A program made the translations under genes and the position numbers. This document shows, in pieces, positions 9,660 through 19,345 of a stretch of 64,000 bases of DNA (within the stretch, counting starts at the first letter, position 1; every line of letters begins with the position of its first letter). The DNA is from Rhodocyclaceae bacterium (GTDB taxonomy: Bacteria; Pseudomonadota; Gammaproteobacteria; Burkholderiales; CAIKXV01): NCBI GenBank assembly GCA_020248265.1, contig JADCHX010000002.1:384011-448010 (forward strand). Direction: 5' to 3'. The notes under the pieces are model-generated. The model was not told the DNA's origin. It did not search any database and saw nothing but the letters and a program-made list of their open reading frames with translations.

Positions 9660-12250
9660 CCCGGCGCGGCTGGATCGCCGGCCTGCCCCCCCTCACCGCC
9701 TGGATGACGGGTTGCGCCCGCGCGTCCGTGGGACGCACGCTCGCGGTCGTGCTTGCGATCGCGATCGGTGTCGGCATGGGGCTCGCGGTCTACCTGATCA
9801 ACCGCACCGCCCTCGACGAGTTCAGCGGCGCGGTGCAGTTCCTGCTCGGCGACACTGACCTCGAACTGCGCGGCACGCGCGACGGCTTCGACGAGGCCGC
9901 CTATGCGCTGGTCGCACGGCTGCCCGAGGTCGCTGCGGCCTCGCCGGTAGTCGAAGTGAATGCGCGCGTCGAAGGAAGCCGGGCAGGCGCGGCCGTCGCG
10001 CTGCGGGTGGTCGGCATCGACGTGCTCAGGGTGGCGACGCTGAATGCCGGACTGGTACCGGAGGTCGCGCGCGCTGGCGACGATGGCAGCACCGGCCGCG
10101 ACCGCCGGTCGACGAGCGCCCTGTTCGCTGCCGACACCATCTTCCTGTCGCCGGCAGCGCTCGAGTGGCTCGGCGTGGCGCCGGGAGACGTACTGCAGGT
10201 TCGGGTCGGGGCCGCGCTCAAGCCGCTGCGCATCGCCGGCACGCTGCCCGGTGCGCCGCGCGGACAACGCGTCGCCGTGATGGATATCGGCGCTGCACAA
10301 TGGCAATTCGACCGACTCGGCGTGCTGAACCGCATCGACATCAAGCTGCGCCAGGGAACGGACGAGGCGCGCGCGCGGCAATCGCTGTCGGCGGTGCTGC
10401 CGGCGGGCGTGGACATCGCCACGCCTGCCGATGCGGGCAGGCGCACCTCGAACCTGTCGCGCGCCTACCGGGTGAACCTGAACGTGCTCGCGCTGGTGGC
10501 ACTGTTCACTGGCGCATTCCTGGTGTTCTCGACCCAGGCGCTCTCCATCGTGCGCCGGCGCCCGCAGATCGCACTGCTGCGCGCGCTGGGGGCCAGCCGC
10601 GGCCGCATCACGCGGATGCTGTTGCTCGAGTCGTTGGTGGTCGGCGCGATCGGTGCGGCAGTCGGCGTCGCCCTTGGCATCGGCGTGGCAGCGATCGCGA
10701 TCGCGCGCTTCGGTGCCGACCTCGGTGGCGGGTACTTCCCAGGCATCGAGCCGCGCTTCGTGCTGGAACCGTTCGGCGTCGCGCTGTTCTTCGCACTTGG
10801 CATCGCGGCCACACTGGCCGGCAGTGCCGCACCGATCCTCGCCGCCCGGCGTGAGCCGATCGCCGGTGGCCTGCGCGCCTTCCCGCAGGCCCTGCCTTCG
10901 CGCCGGTCGCGTGCCGGGATACTGCCCGGCCTGCTGCTGGTCGGCGTGGCAGGCGTGCTGGTGGTGCTCCCGGCGTGGTCGGCACTGCCACTCGCCGGGT
11001 ATGTCTCGATCGCGCTGCTGCTGGTAGCCGGCATGCTGCTCACGCCGTCGATCGGGCGCCGTGTGTTCCATGCGGTCGAGGTGGTCCTGGGTCGCACCGA
11101 TGCACCGGCCTGGCTTCAGCTCGCAGCCAGCCGCGCTCGTGCGGCGACCGGCATGACCACGCTCGCGCTGGCCAGCGTGGTCGCTTCGTTCGCGGTGATG
11201 GTGGCAATGGCGATCATGGTGTCCAGTTTCCGCAGTTCGGTGGACCAGTGGCTGGTGTCGGTACTGCCGGCGGACCTGTACCTGCGCAGCGCGCGCGACG
11301 GAGACACCGGCTACCTGTCGCCGCAGGACCTCGCACTGATGCGGGCGGTGCCCGGCGTGGCCACGATCGAGGCGCTGGGCACCGGGTCGCTCACGCTCGA
11401 CCCGCTGCGCCCGGCGGTGGCGCTGATCGTGCGCCCGATCGATGCGTCCGACCCGGGCGCGCGGCTGCCGCTGATCGGGCGCGCAGTACCGGCACCACCG
11501 GGCCGGATCGCGGTCTACGTGTCGGAACCGGCTGCGCGCATCTACGGTCTGCAGCCCGGACAGACGGTCACCCTGGCGCTCGGCGGCCAAGCCGTCGAGT
11601 GTTTCGTCGCGGCCGTGTGGCGCGACTATTCCCGCCAGTTCGGCGCGATCACCGTCGACACCGAAGACTACCGCCGGTTCGCGCCCGGCGCACGACCGAC
11701 CGATGCGGCGATCTGGCTCGCGCCGGGTGCGACGGCAGCCGCTGTCACCGCTGGCCTGGCCGCTGCCCTGCCCGACTTCGAGCGCTTCGAACTGGCCGAG
11801 CCAGGTGCGATCCGCGCCTACAGCCTGCGCATCTTCGACCGCAGCTTTGCCATCACCTACCTGCTGGAGGCGGTCGCGGTGGTGATCGGCCTGTTCGGCG
11901 TCGCCTCGACCTTCAGCGCAGAGGCGCTGGCGCGTGGGCGCGAGTTCGGCGTCCAGCGCTGCCTTGGCATGACCCGGCGCGAGATCGCACTGCAGCTGGC
12001 AGCCGAGGGGGCGCTGTTCGCCGCGCTCGGGGCACTGATCGGCGGCCTGCTCGGTCTGGCGATCAGCCTGGTGCTGATCGACGTGATCAACCCGCAGTCG
12101 TTCAACTGGACGATGCCGCTCCACCTGCCTGCAGGGTTCCTTGCGGTGCTTGCGGCCGCACTGGTGCTCGCGGCTTCCATCACCGCGGTGGCGAGCGCAC
12201 GCGGTGCGCTGTCGGTGGCGGCGGTGCGGGCGGTGAGGGATGACTGGTGA
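9656..12250 (+). CDS. FtsX-family ABC permease with duplicated FtsX domains (YbbP/AttF-AttG-like)
   Basis: ATGA overlap with the ATPase gene. The 864-aa protein has two blocks of 4 TM helices separated by large periplasmic regions. Confidence 0.9.
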   Translation: MTRRGWIAGLPPLTAWMTGCARASVGRTLAVVLAIAIGVGMGLAVYLINRTALDEFSGAVQFLLGDTDLELRGTRDGFDEAAYALVARLPEVAAASPVVEVNARVEGSRAGAAVALRVVGIDVLRVATLNAGLVPEVARAGDDGSTGRDRRSTSALFAADTIFLSPAALEWLGVAPGDVLQVRVGAALKPLRIAGTLPGAPRGQRVAVMDIGAAQWQFDRLGVLNRIDIKLRQGTDEARARQSLSAVLPAGVDIATPADAGRRTSNLSRAYRVNLNVLALVALFTGAFLVFSTQALSIVRRRPQIALLRALGASRGRITRMLLLESLVVGAIGAAVGVALGIGVAAIAIARFGADLGGGYFPGIEPRFVLEPFGVALFFALGIAATLAGSAAPILAARREPIAGGLRAFPQALPSRRSRAGILPGLLLVGVAGVLVVLPAWSALPLAGYVSIALLLVAGMLLTPSIGRRVFHAVEVVLGRTDAPAWLQLAASRARAATGMTTLALASVVASFAVMVAMAIMVSSFRSSVDQWLVSVLPADLYLRSARDGDTGYLSPQDLALMRAVPGVATIEALGTGSLTLDPLRPAVALIVRPIDASDPGARLPLIGRAVPAPPGRIAVYVSEPAARIYGLQPGQTVTLALGGQAVECFVAAVWRDYSRQFGAITVDTEDYRRFAPGARPTDAAIWLAPGATAAAVTAGLAAALPDFERFELAEPGAIRAYSLRIFDRSFAITYLLEAVAVVIGLFGVASTFSAEALARGREFGVQRCLGMTRREIALQLAAEGALFAALGALIGGLLGLAISLVLIDVINPQSFNWTMPLHLPAGFLAVLAAALVLAASITAVASARGALSVAAVRAVRDDW

Positions 12251-12311
12251 GGACGCAGGCGACGAAGATGCGACGATCCGCAGGAAGAACGCCGGCGAAC
12301 GAGGTTGCGCG

Positions 12312-13484
12312 ATGAACGGTTTCGGCGCGCGCCGGCGCATGCTGGCGGCACTGGCTGCGCTGCCCTCGCTGCCTGCGGCGGGACAATACATGGCACGGCC
12401 ACCCGACGACGCGCCGGGGCAGGTGCGCTATCCCACCGTGCGTCGCGGCGTGCCACTGGTCTTCCCGCGCGACTTCGGCGCGCATCCCGAGTACCGCACC
12501 GAGTGGTGGTACGCCACCGGATGGCTGCAGGTGCAGGGCGCGGTCCATGCGAAGGCTCCACCGCTCGGCTTCCAGATAACCTTCTTCCGGTCACGGCCGC
12601 AGGTCGACACCCGCAACCCGAGCCGCTTCGCGGCGCGCGAACTGGTGCTGGCGCACATCGGCCTGTCGGACGAACGGCAGCGCTCGCTCGTGCATGACCA
12701 GCGCACCGCGCGCGCCGGCTTCGCCCTCGCAGGCAGCAGCAGCACGGATACCGACGTGTGGATCGACGACTGGCGCTTCTCGCGCCGCCCCGCAGGCGCG
12801 GGCGCCAGCCGCTACATCGCGTCGATCCCGGGCAACCGGCTCGGCTTCGAACTGCAGCTCGACAGCACTCAGCCGCTGCTGCTGCATGGCGAGGCCGGCT
12901 TCAGCCAGAAGGGTCCGCTGGAGCGTCAGGCGAGCTACTACTACACCCAGCCCCACCTCGCTGTGTCCGGGCGCGTCGTGCACGATTCGACCGCGCTGGA
13001 AGTGACCGGAGGGGCGTGGCTCGACCACGAGTGGTCGAGCGAGATCCTGGCCGATGGCGCGACCGGCTGGGACTGGATCGGCATCAACCTGGACGACGGC
13101 GGCGCACTGATGGCATTCCGTATCCGCGATCGAAGCGGCAGGACCGTGTACGCGAGCGGCACCTGGCGCAGCCGCGCGGACGGCACGGCGCCGCGACTGC
13201 GTACCTTCGGCCCGCGTTCGGTCGTGTTCGAGCCGCAACGCACCTGGCGCTCGGCGCGCACCGGCGCTACCTGGCCGGTCGGCATGCGCGTCACCGTCGG
13301 CGCTGGCAGCCCCGATGCCCTGATCCTCGACCTGGACGCGATGTTCGACGACCAGGAACTCGACGCCCGCTCCAGCACCGGCATCGTCTACTGGGAGGGG
13401 GCCGTCACGGCCCGCCAGCAGGGCCGCCCCATCGGCCGCGGCTATCTCGAACTCACCGGATACCACACCGCCGTCATCCTCTGA
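12312..13484 (+). CDS. Lipocalin-like/CrtC (hydroxyneurosporene synthase)-like domain protein, AttH-like, with a probable Tat signal
   Basis: ORF 12240..13484 trimmed to the ATG at 12312 (MNGFGARRRMLAALAALPSLPAAG). FPRDFGAHPEYRTEWWYATGWL is the AttH/CrtC-like N-terminal motif. The gene follows the ABC pair as in attEFGH. Confidence 0.8.
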   Translation: MNGFGARRRMLAALAALPSLPAAGQYMARPPDDAPGQVRYPTVRRGVPLVFPRDFGAHPEYRTEWWYATGWLQVQGAVHAKAPPLGFQITFFRSRPQVDTRNPSRFAARELVLAHIGLSDERQRSLVHDQRTARAGFALAGSSSTDTDVWIDDWRFSRRPAGAGASRYIASIPGNRLGFELQLDSTQPLLLHGEAGFSQKGPLERQASYYYTQPHLAVSGRVVHDSTALEVTGGAWLDHEWSSEILADGATGWDWIGINLDDGGALMAFRIRDRSGRTVYASGTWRSRADGTAPRLRTFGPRSVVFEPQRTWRSARTGATWPVGMRVTVGAGSPDALILDLDAMFDDQELDARSSTGIVYWEGAVTARQQGRPIGRGYLELTGYHTAVIL

Positions 13485-13493
13485 CCAAGACCC

Positions 13494-13559
13494 GAGTCAG
13501 ACCCTGGGGTCAGACCCTGGGGTCAGACCCCGGGGTCTGACCCCAGGGTCTGACCCGGA
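13494..13559. repeat. Five 13-nt periodic units (GGTCAGACCCYGG and its inverted form) containing a perfect 50-bp palindrome at 13507-13556
   Basis: Base-by-base check: positions 13507-13531 are the exact reverse complement of 13532-13556. A third direct copy lies at 13496-13506. The element starts 10 nt after the AttH-like stop and ends 62 nt before the next ATG. Confidence 0.92.
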
Positions 13560-13620
13560 TCATCGGCGCGCGGTATATTCAGTTCCGGCATCCGCCCTGA
13601 CATTGCTCAACCTGACATCG

Positions 13621-15978
13621 ATGAACGATCCGAAACCGCTGATCCTCCCGAATTCCGAACGGGGCCTGGCGGTTGGCCAGGGAGTGGAGCGCGTGGAGGA
13701 TGAGCGCCTGCTGCGGGGCCAGGGCGCGTTCGTGGACGACGTCCGCCTGCCCGAGGCGCTGCACGCGGTGATCCTGCGCAGCTCCGTCGCGCATGGACGG
13801 GTGCTCGGCGTCGACGGCTCGGCTGCGCGCGCGATGCCGGGCGTGCGCGCGGTGTTCACGGCACAGGATGTGATCACGGTGCTCGGCACGCTACCGCTGA
13901 TCCCGATGCGCCTTGATCACCTGCCGGTGTTCGACCCGTTCCAGCAGCCGGTGGTTGCGTACGACCGGGTGCGCTATGTAGGTGAACCGCTGGCGATCAT
14001 CGTCGCGGACACTGCGGCACTGGCCGAGGACGCGCTGGAGGCGATGTCCTTCGACATCGAATCGCTGCCGGCCGTGGTCGATGGCACCCTGATGGCGAAG
14101 GACGACACCCTGCTGTTCGACGATTCAGGCAGCAACCTCGCCGCACGCGTATGGGCCGAACGCGGCGACATCGATGCCGCCTTCGCGAATGCGCCCTACG
14201 TCAGGCGCGAACACTTCAAGGTGCACCGGCACGCAGCCTTGCCGATGGAGACGCGTGGCGTGCTCGCACACCAGGATCCATCCACCGGCCGTCTGGTGGT
14301 GCATGGCGCGAGCAAGGTGCCATTCGCCAACAGGCGCATCCTCGCTTCTCTGCTGTCACTGCCCGAATCCGAGATCGACATGCTCGAGGGCGACACCGGC
14401 GGCTCTTTCGGTACCCGCGGCGAGTTCTACCCGGAAGACTTCCTGGTGCCGTTCGCCGCGACGCGCCTCGGCAAGCCGGTGAAGTGGATCGAGGACCGGC
14501 GCGAACACCTGCTCGCCTGCAACCATGCACGCGACGTCGACTGCGAGCTCGAACTGGCCTGCACGCGCGACGGCCGCCTGCTCGGCCTGCGCGGCAAGGT
14601 GGCCACCGACGTCGGCGCCTACATCCGAACCAATGCGATCGCGCCCTCGCGCAACGTGGTGCAGCTGTCGACCGGCCCGTACCGCATCCCGGACGTCGAC
14701 ATGCGCCTGTCGATCCAGCTCACCAACAAGACCCCGGTCGGCACCTACCGCGGCCCTGGTCGCTGCGAGACCGATTTCTTCCGCGAGCGCATGTTCGACA
14801 TCGTCGCCGACGATCTCGGCATCGACCGCATCGAATTCCGCCGGCGCAACCTGCTCACGCGCGCGGAGATCGAAGCTCCGTGGAAGTTCGCCACGCTGCA
14901 GCCGTACAACGCGGACAGCTTCACCGACAGCGGCGACTACCACGAGACCCTGGACCGCTGCCTCGCGGAGTTCGACTGGGCCGGCAAGTCGGCCCTCAAC
15001 GGCAAGCTGGTCGACGGACGCCATCACGGCATCGCGGTCGGCTGCTATGTCGAGGGCGGCGCCTCCGGCCCGCGCGAAGGTGCGCGGCTGGTGCTGGAGG
15101 ATGACGGCCGCGTCGCCGTATACACCGGCTCGTCCGCGAATGGCCAGGGCCTTGCGACCGTGCTCACCCAGATCGCCGCCGATGCGCTGGAACGCCCGAT
15201 GTCGGCGATCAGCGCCATCCACCATGGCTCCACCACCGGCGTGAAGGAAGGCTTCGGCAGCTACAGCTCGCGCAGCTCGGTGATGGGCGGATCGGCGATC
15301 GTCACGGTGGCGAAGCTGCTGCGCGAGAGAATCCTCGCGGCCGCTGCAGAAGAACTCGACTGCACGGTCGACGATGTCGCGCTGATCGGTGGCGACCGTA
15401 TCGTCGCCCGCGACGGCCGCGCGCTGTCGCTCGCCGAACTGGCACAGGCCCGCGCGAAGCACGGCGGCCTGTCCGCCGAAGGCAGCTTCGCCAGCTCGAA
15501 GCGCACCTACAGCTACGGCGCCCATGCAGCTCACGTGTCGGTCGATGCGCGCACCGGCCATGTGGAACTGGTCGACTATGTCGCGGTCGAGGACGTCGGC
15601 CGCATCATCAACCCGAACACGCTGCATGGCCAGGCCATGGGCGCGGTGGTGCAGGGGCTCGGCGGCGTGTTCCTCGAGCATCTGGTCTACGACGACCAGG
15701 GCCAGCTCCTCACCGGCTCGCTCGCCGACTACCTGATGCCGGTGGCCGACTCGTTCCCGTGCATCCGCGCGTTCGCGCTGGAGAACCATCCGTCGCCGCA
15801 CAACCCGCTCGGCGCCAAGGGCGCTGGCGAAGGCGGCATCATCCCGGTCGCAGGGGTCGTCGCGAACGCGGTGTCGGCGGCCCTGTCCACGCTGGGCGTG
15901 AGCCCGCGCGAGCTGCCGCTGTCGCCGTCGAAGCTGTGGCACATGATCGACGCAGCCCGGCAGCGCGCCGCCGCCTGA
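13621..15978 (+). CDS. Xanthine dehydrogenase/CoxL-family molybdopterin-binding large subunit, with no adjacent S or M subunit genes
   Basis: ORF 13603..15978 starts at a TTG; I prefer the ATG at 13621 (MNDPKPLILPNSERGLAVGQGVERVEDERLLRG). Family motifs are TPVGTYRGPGRCE and LGAKGAGEGGIIPVAGVVANAV. Confidence 0.9.
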   Translation: MNDPKPLILPNSERGLAVGQGVERVEDERLLRGQGAFVDDVRLPEALHAVILRSSVAHGRVLGVDGSAARAMPGVRAVFTAQDVITVLGTLPLIPMRLDHLPVFDPFQQPVVAYDRVRYVGEPLAIIVADTAALAEDALEAMSFDIESLPAVVDGTLMAKDDTLLFDDSGSNLAARVWAERGDIDAAFANAPYVRREHFKVHRHAALPMETRGVLAHQDPSTGRLVVHGASKVPFANRRILASLLSLPESEIDMLEGDTGGSFGTRGEFYPEDFLVPFAATRLGKPVKWIEDRREHLLACNHARDVDCELELACTRDGRLLGLRGKVATDVGAYIRTNAIAPSRNVVQLSTGPYRIPDVDMRLSIQLTNKTPVGTYRGPGRCETDFFRERMFDIVADDLGIDRIEFRRRNLLTRAEIEAPWKFATLQPYNADSFTDSGDYHETLDRCLAEFDWAGKSALNGKLVDGRHHGIAVGCYVEGGASGPREGARLVLEDDGRVAVYTGSSANGQGLATVLTQIAADALERPMSAISAIHHGSTTGVKEGFGSYSSRSSVMGGSAIVTVAKLLRERILAAAAEELDCTVDDVALIGGDRIVARDGRALSLAELAQARAKHGGLSAEGSFASSKRTYSYGAHAAHVSVDARTGHVELVDYVAVEDVGRIINPNTLHGQAMGAVVQGLGGVFLEHLVYDDQGQLLTGSLADYLMPVADSFPCIRAFALENHPSPHNPLGAKGAGEGGIIPVAGVVANAVSAALSTLGVSPRELPLSPSKLWHMIDAARQRAAA

Positions 15979-16061
15979 CCAGTACTCAGGCCCGTACCCA
16001 GACCCGCATCCAGACCCAACCTGCCGCAACCTCGCCTCACAGACAACCAGGAGTCCGCCGC

Positions 16062-17072
16062 ATGAGCGAAGCCCCCAACCCGCAGGTCACGCACCCCAAC
16101 AAGGGCGGCATCCCGATCACCCTCGCCTGCGCGCTGTACGACCGGATGCAGGCGCTGTACACCGGCGAAGTGAAGGCCGAGGGCATCGAACTCACCTTCC
16201 GCGTCGAGGACTTCCCGCGCAAGCTGTTCGACCACGCCATGGCCGAAAAGTCGTTCGACGTCTGCGAGATGTCGTCGTCCGATTTCATCACACGCTACGT
16301 GGACGGCACCAACCCCTTCGTCGCGCTGCCGGTCTTCCCGTCGAAGATGTTCCGCCACGGCAACATCGTGATCAACGCGAAGTCCGGCATCAGGACGCCG
16401 AAGGACCTCGAAGGCAAGCGTGTCGGCGTGATGCGCCACACGATGACCGCTGCGGTCTGGATCCGCGGCCACCTGCAGAACGACTACGGCGTCGACCTGA
16501 AGTCGATCAAGTGGCTCGAAGGCTCGATCAACACCCCTGGCATGCACGGCGTGCCGACCATCCACCCGCCCGGCTGGGACATCACCGTCAACCAGACAGG
16601 GAAGTCGCTGAGCCAGCTGATCGACGCCGGCGAGCTCGACGCCACCATCGGCACCCATCTGCCCGACTCGCGCAAGACCAACCCGGACGTTCAGCGCATC
16701 TTCCCGAACTTCCGCGAAGTCGAGCGCGATTATTACAGGAAGACCGGTATCTTCCCGGTGATGCACCTGATCGCGATCAAGCGCGAGGTGTACGAGAAGA
16801 ACCCGTCCATCGCGAAGAGCCTGTACGACGCGTTCGAGAAGTCGAAGCGCGCGGCGCTGGTCCGGATGCGCAACTACTCGGCGCTGCGCTACATGATCCC
16901 CTGGCTGCCGGACGAGATCGACGAGATGGAACGCGTGTTCGGCGACGACCAGTGGAGCTACGGCGTCGAAGCGAACCGGTCGACCTTCGAGACCATGATG
17001 AAGTTCATGGTGCAGCAGGACATGCTGAAGAAGGCGCCGTCGGTGGAGGAGCTGTTCGTGAAGGTGGATTGA
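16062..17072 (+). CDS. 4,5-dihydroxyphthalate decarboxylase-like protein (periplasmic-binding-protein/NMT1-like fold family)
   Basis: ORF 15759..17072 trimmed to the ATG at 16062, with an AGGAG 9 nt upstream. The N-terminus IPITLACALYDRMQALYTGEV is typical of this family. It is clearly paralogous to 19346..20338. Confidence 0.75.
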   Translation: MSEAPNPQVTHPNKGGIPITLACALYDRMQALYTGEVKAEGIELTFRVEDFPRKLFDHAMAEKSFDVCEMSSSDFITRYVDGTNPFVALPVFPSKMFRHGNIVINAKSGIRTPKDLEGKRVGVMRHTMTAAVWIRGHLQNDYGVDLKSIKWLEGSINTPGMHGVPTIHPPGWDITVNQTGKSLSQLIDAGELDATIGTHLPDSRKTNPDVQRIFPNFREVERDYYRKTGIFPVMHLIAIKREVYEKNPSIAKSLYDAFEKSKRAALVRMRNYSALRYMIPWLPDEIDEMERVFGDDQWSYGVEANRSTFETMMKFMVQQDMLKKAPSVEELFVKVD

Positions 17073-17080
17073 GGGCGGCG

Positions 17081-17097
17081 GCGGGGACGCCCCCCGC
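17081..17097. terminator. Short GC hairpin (gcgggg-acgcc-ccccgc) between convergent stop codons
   Basis: Seen in the 25-nt gap between the stops at 17072 (+) and 17098 (-). No U-tract. Confidence 0.3.
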
Positions 17098-18048
17098 TCA
17101 CGGCCCCTGCGCCGGCGTCACCTCCGCCCCCACCCGCTCGACGATCAGCCGGTAGTGCTCCGGCCGCCGGTGCGCGGCGAAGTTGAACATCGTCTTCTTC
17201 AGGTCGTTGGCAAGGTCGATGTCGGCGTTGAAACAGACCACCTCGTCCTCCTCGCTCACCGACTTGGCGACGATCTCGCCGGTCGGGGCGACGATCAGCG
17301 AATGGCCGAACATGCGGTTGCCGTCCTCGAAACCGCACTTGGCGGTCTCGACCAGCCAGGTGGCGTTCTGGAATGCCATCGACTGCGCCATGATCAGGTG
17401 GTGGTGCACGCGCAGCGCCGGCGGCTCAGGGTAGTGAAGGTTCTCGCTCGGCGTGTTGAAGCCGAGCGAAACGATCTCCGCGCCCTGCAGCGCGAGCACG
17501 CGGAATGCCTCGGGCCAGCGCCGGTCGTTGCAGATCAGCATGCCGGCGATCATGTCCATGAACTTCCAGACGCGAAAACCCAGGTTGCCGACCTCGAAAT
17601 ACTTCTTCTCCAGGTGCTGGAACGCCGCTTCGGGCTTGTGCTCGGCATGGCCGGGCAGGTGGATCTTGCGGTACTTGCCGGCGATGCGCCCGTCCGGGCC
17701 GACCAGGATCGCGGTGTTGTAGCGATGCACGACGCCATCCTCGACGATGCGCTCGGCGTAGCCGAGGTAGAAGCCGATGCCGAGCTTCTTCGCCTCGTCG
17801 AACAGCGGCTGGGTCTCCGGCGAGGGCATCGTGAACTCGTAGAACCGGCGGTCGACCTCGTCCTGGTCCTCGAACCAGTAACGCGGAAAGAAGGTGGTGA
17901 ACGCAAGTTCCGGGAACACGACATAGCGCGCGCCCATCGCGTGCGCATCGCGCAGCAGCTTGACCAGCCGCGCGGTGGCAGTGACGCGCGTATCGACCAG
18001 GTGGAGCGGGCCGAGCTGGGCCGCCGCGATCTTCAGGTGTCGAGCCAT
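17098..18048 (-). CDS. N-carbamoyl-D-amino-acid hydrolase-type carbon-nitrogen hydrolase (D-carbamoylase family)
   Basis: Collinear with my recollection of the Agrobacterium D-carbamoylase sequence, including the triad contexts VVFPELAFTTFFPR, GKYRKIHLPGH and LICNDRRWPEAFRV, and the C-terminal FNFAAHRRPEHY. Confidence 0.9.
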   Translation of the reverse strand: MARHLKIAAAQLGPLHLVDTRVTATARLVKLLRDAHAMGARYVVFPELAFTTFFPRYWFEDQDEVDRRFYEFTMPSPETQPLFDEAKKLGIGFYLGYAERIVEDGVVHRYNTAILVGPDGRIAGKYRKIHLPGHAEHKPEAAFQHLEKKYFEVGNLGFRVWKFMDMIAGMLICNDRRWPEAFRVLALQGAEIVSLGFNTPSENLHYPEPPALRVHHHLIMAQSMAFQNATWLVETAKCGFEDGNRMFGHSLIVAPTGEIVAKSVSEEDEVVCFNADIDLANDLKKTMFNFAAHRRPEHYRLIVERVGAEVTPAQGP

Positions 18049-18100
18049 GTCATTCCCTGGATGTCGTTGCTGATGGATTCCAAGAAGGAAGCGGGTGCGC

Positions 18101-19333
18101 TCAGGAGCGCTGGAGCACGGGCAGTTCGCGCTGGAACAAGCGGCGCCCGCGCTTGAAGCCGGCCAGCGGCAGCGCCGCCTTCGCGATCACGTCGCCCGGC
18201 GTATCCTCGCCCCAGACCACCAGGTCGGCATCGTTGCCGACGGCGATGCCATAGCGCGGAAGGCGCAACGCCCGCGCCGCACGATCGGTGATCATCTCGA
18301 AGCAGGTCGCCAGGTCCTTCGGACCATGGCGCTGCACCACGTTCGCATACAGGTTCACGATGCGGGTAAGCGAACAGTCGCCCAGCGGCGTGAACGGGTT
18401 CAACACGTTGTTGGTGGAGAGCGTGCAGTTGGCGCCCTGTTCGATCAACGTGTTGGCATCGGTCACGCCACGGATCACGCTGTGCGCCATGTGCCGGCCG
18501 GCGTTGAACAGGTCGGTGGCCGGCAGAACCGCCAGCGACACGCCCGCCTCGCCCAGCCGGCGGCCGATCGCCTTCTGTTGCGCGACCGGCATGCAGGAAT
18601 ACTTCGATCCGTGCCCGAAGGCCACCCTGCCCTGCCAGCCGATGGCCTCGGTGAGGTCGCACACCTGCGGATAGTCGAGGCTGCCGGTCTCGTAGCCGCC
18701 ATCGAGGTGGAAGTCGACGTCGATGTCGTACCGCTTCGCGAGTTCGAACACCCGGCGCACCTGCCCTGGACCATCCTTGTCGTAGCGGATGCCGCCACCT
18801 ACCACCGGCGCGCCGCGATCGAGGCAGGACACCAGGTTCTCGTCTGCGCCGGCCACGCCGGTCCAGCCTTCCTGCAGGAACACGCAGGACTGGATGTCGA
18901 TCGCCCAGGCGTAGTCCTTCTTCAGTTGCTCGATTGCCTCGAAGCCGAGCAGCCCGACGTTCGGATCGACCTCGACCTGGGTACGCATGTGGGTCACGCC
19001 GTGCAGCAGGCTCTGTTCCAGCGTGCGTCGCGCGCGGTCGTAGATGTCTTCCGCGGTGAACGTATGCTTGATCGACGCGGTGCGCTCCATGTGGTCGCGC
19101 TTCATCCGGTCGGGCTGCATCGGCACCCGGTCGACGATCAAGGCCTTGTCGAGGTGGAAATGGCTCTCGACCAGGCCGGGTGACACGAGGTGCCCTCCCG
19201 CGTCGTGCACCGGGCCCTCGGACTGCAGCCGAGGCTGGACGGCGACGATCCGGCCGTCATCCACGCCGATGTCAACCAGCGGATCACCCGGCCCGGCGGC
19301 AGTGAGCCTGGCGTTCCGGATGATCAGGTCCAC
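18101..19333 (-). CDS. Amidohydrolase, cytosine deaminase/AtzC-like subfamily
   Basis: GTG start with a GGAAG upstream. N-terminal MDLIIRNARL...GGHLVSPGLVESHFHLDKAL carries the H-x-H-L-D-K metal motif. Confidence 0.85.
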   Translation of the reverse strand: MDLIIRNARLTAAGPGDPLVDIGVDDGRIVAVQPRLQSEGPVHDAGGHLVSPGLVESHFHLDKALIVDRVPMQPDRMKRDHMERTASIKHTFTAEDIYDRARRTLEQSLLHGVTHMRTQVEVDPNVGLLGFEAIEQLKKDYAWAIDIQSCVFLQEGWTGVAGADENLVSCLDRGAPVVGGGIRYDKDGPGQVRRVFELAKRYDIDVDFHLDGGYETGSLDYPQVCDLTEAIGWQGRVAFGHGSKYSCMPVAQQKAIGRRLGEAGVSLAVLPATDLFNAGRHMAHSVIRGVTDANTLIEQGANCTLSTNNVLNPFTPLGDCSLTRIVNLYANVVQRHGPKDLATCFEMITDRAARALRLPRYGIAVGNDADLVVWGEDTPGDVIAKAALPLAGFKRGRRLFQRELPVLQRS

Positions 19334-19345
19334 GGTGATTGCTTC

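Noticed and set aside
13494-13559. CRISPR array.
   Set aside because: The repeats are only 13 nt and directly abutting, with no spacers. They are partly inverted and form one palindrome. No cas genes are in the window.
15999-16017. The heptamer CAGACCC occurs twice (15999-16005 and 16011-16017) downstream of the orphan large-subunit gene. This echoes the core of the 13.5-kb palindrome and might mark flanking repeats of a mobile cassette.
   Set aside because: A 7-mer in GC-rich DNA is expected to recur by chance many times in 64 kb. There is no longer shared context, no target-site duplication and no mobility gene.
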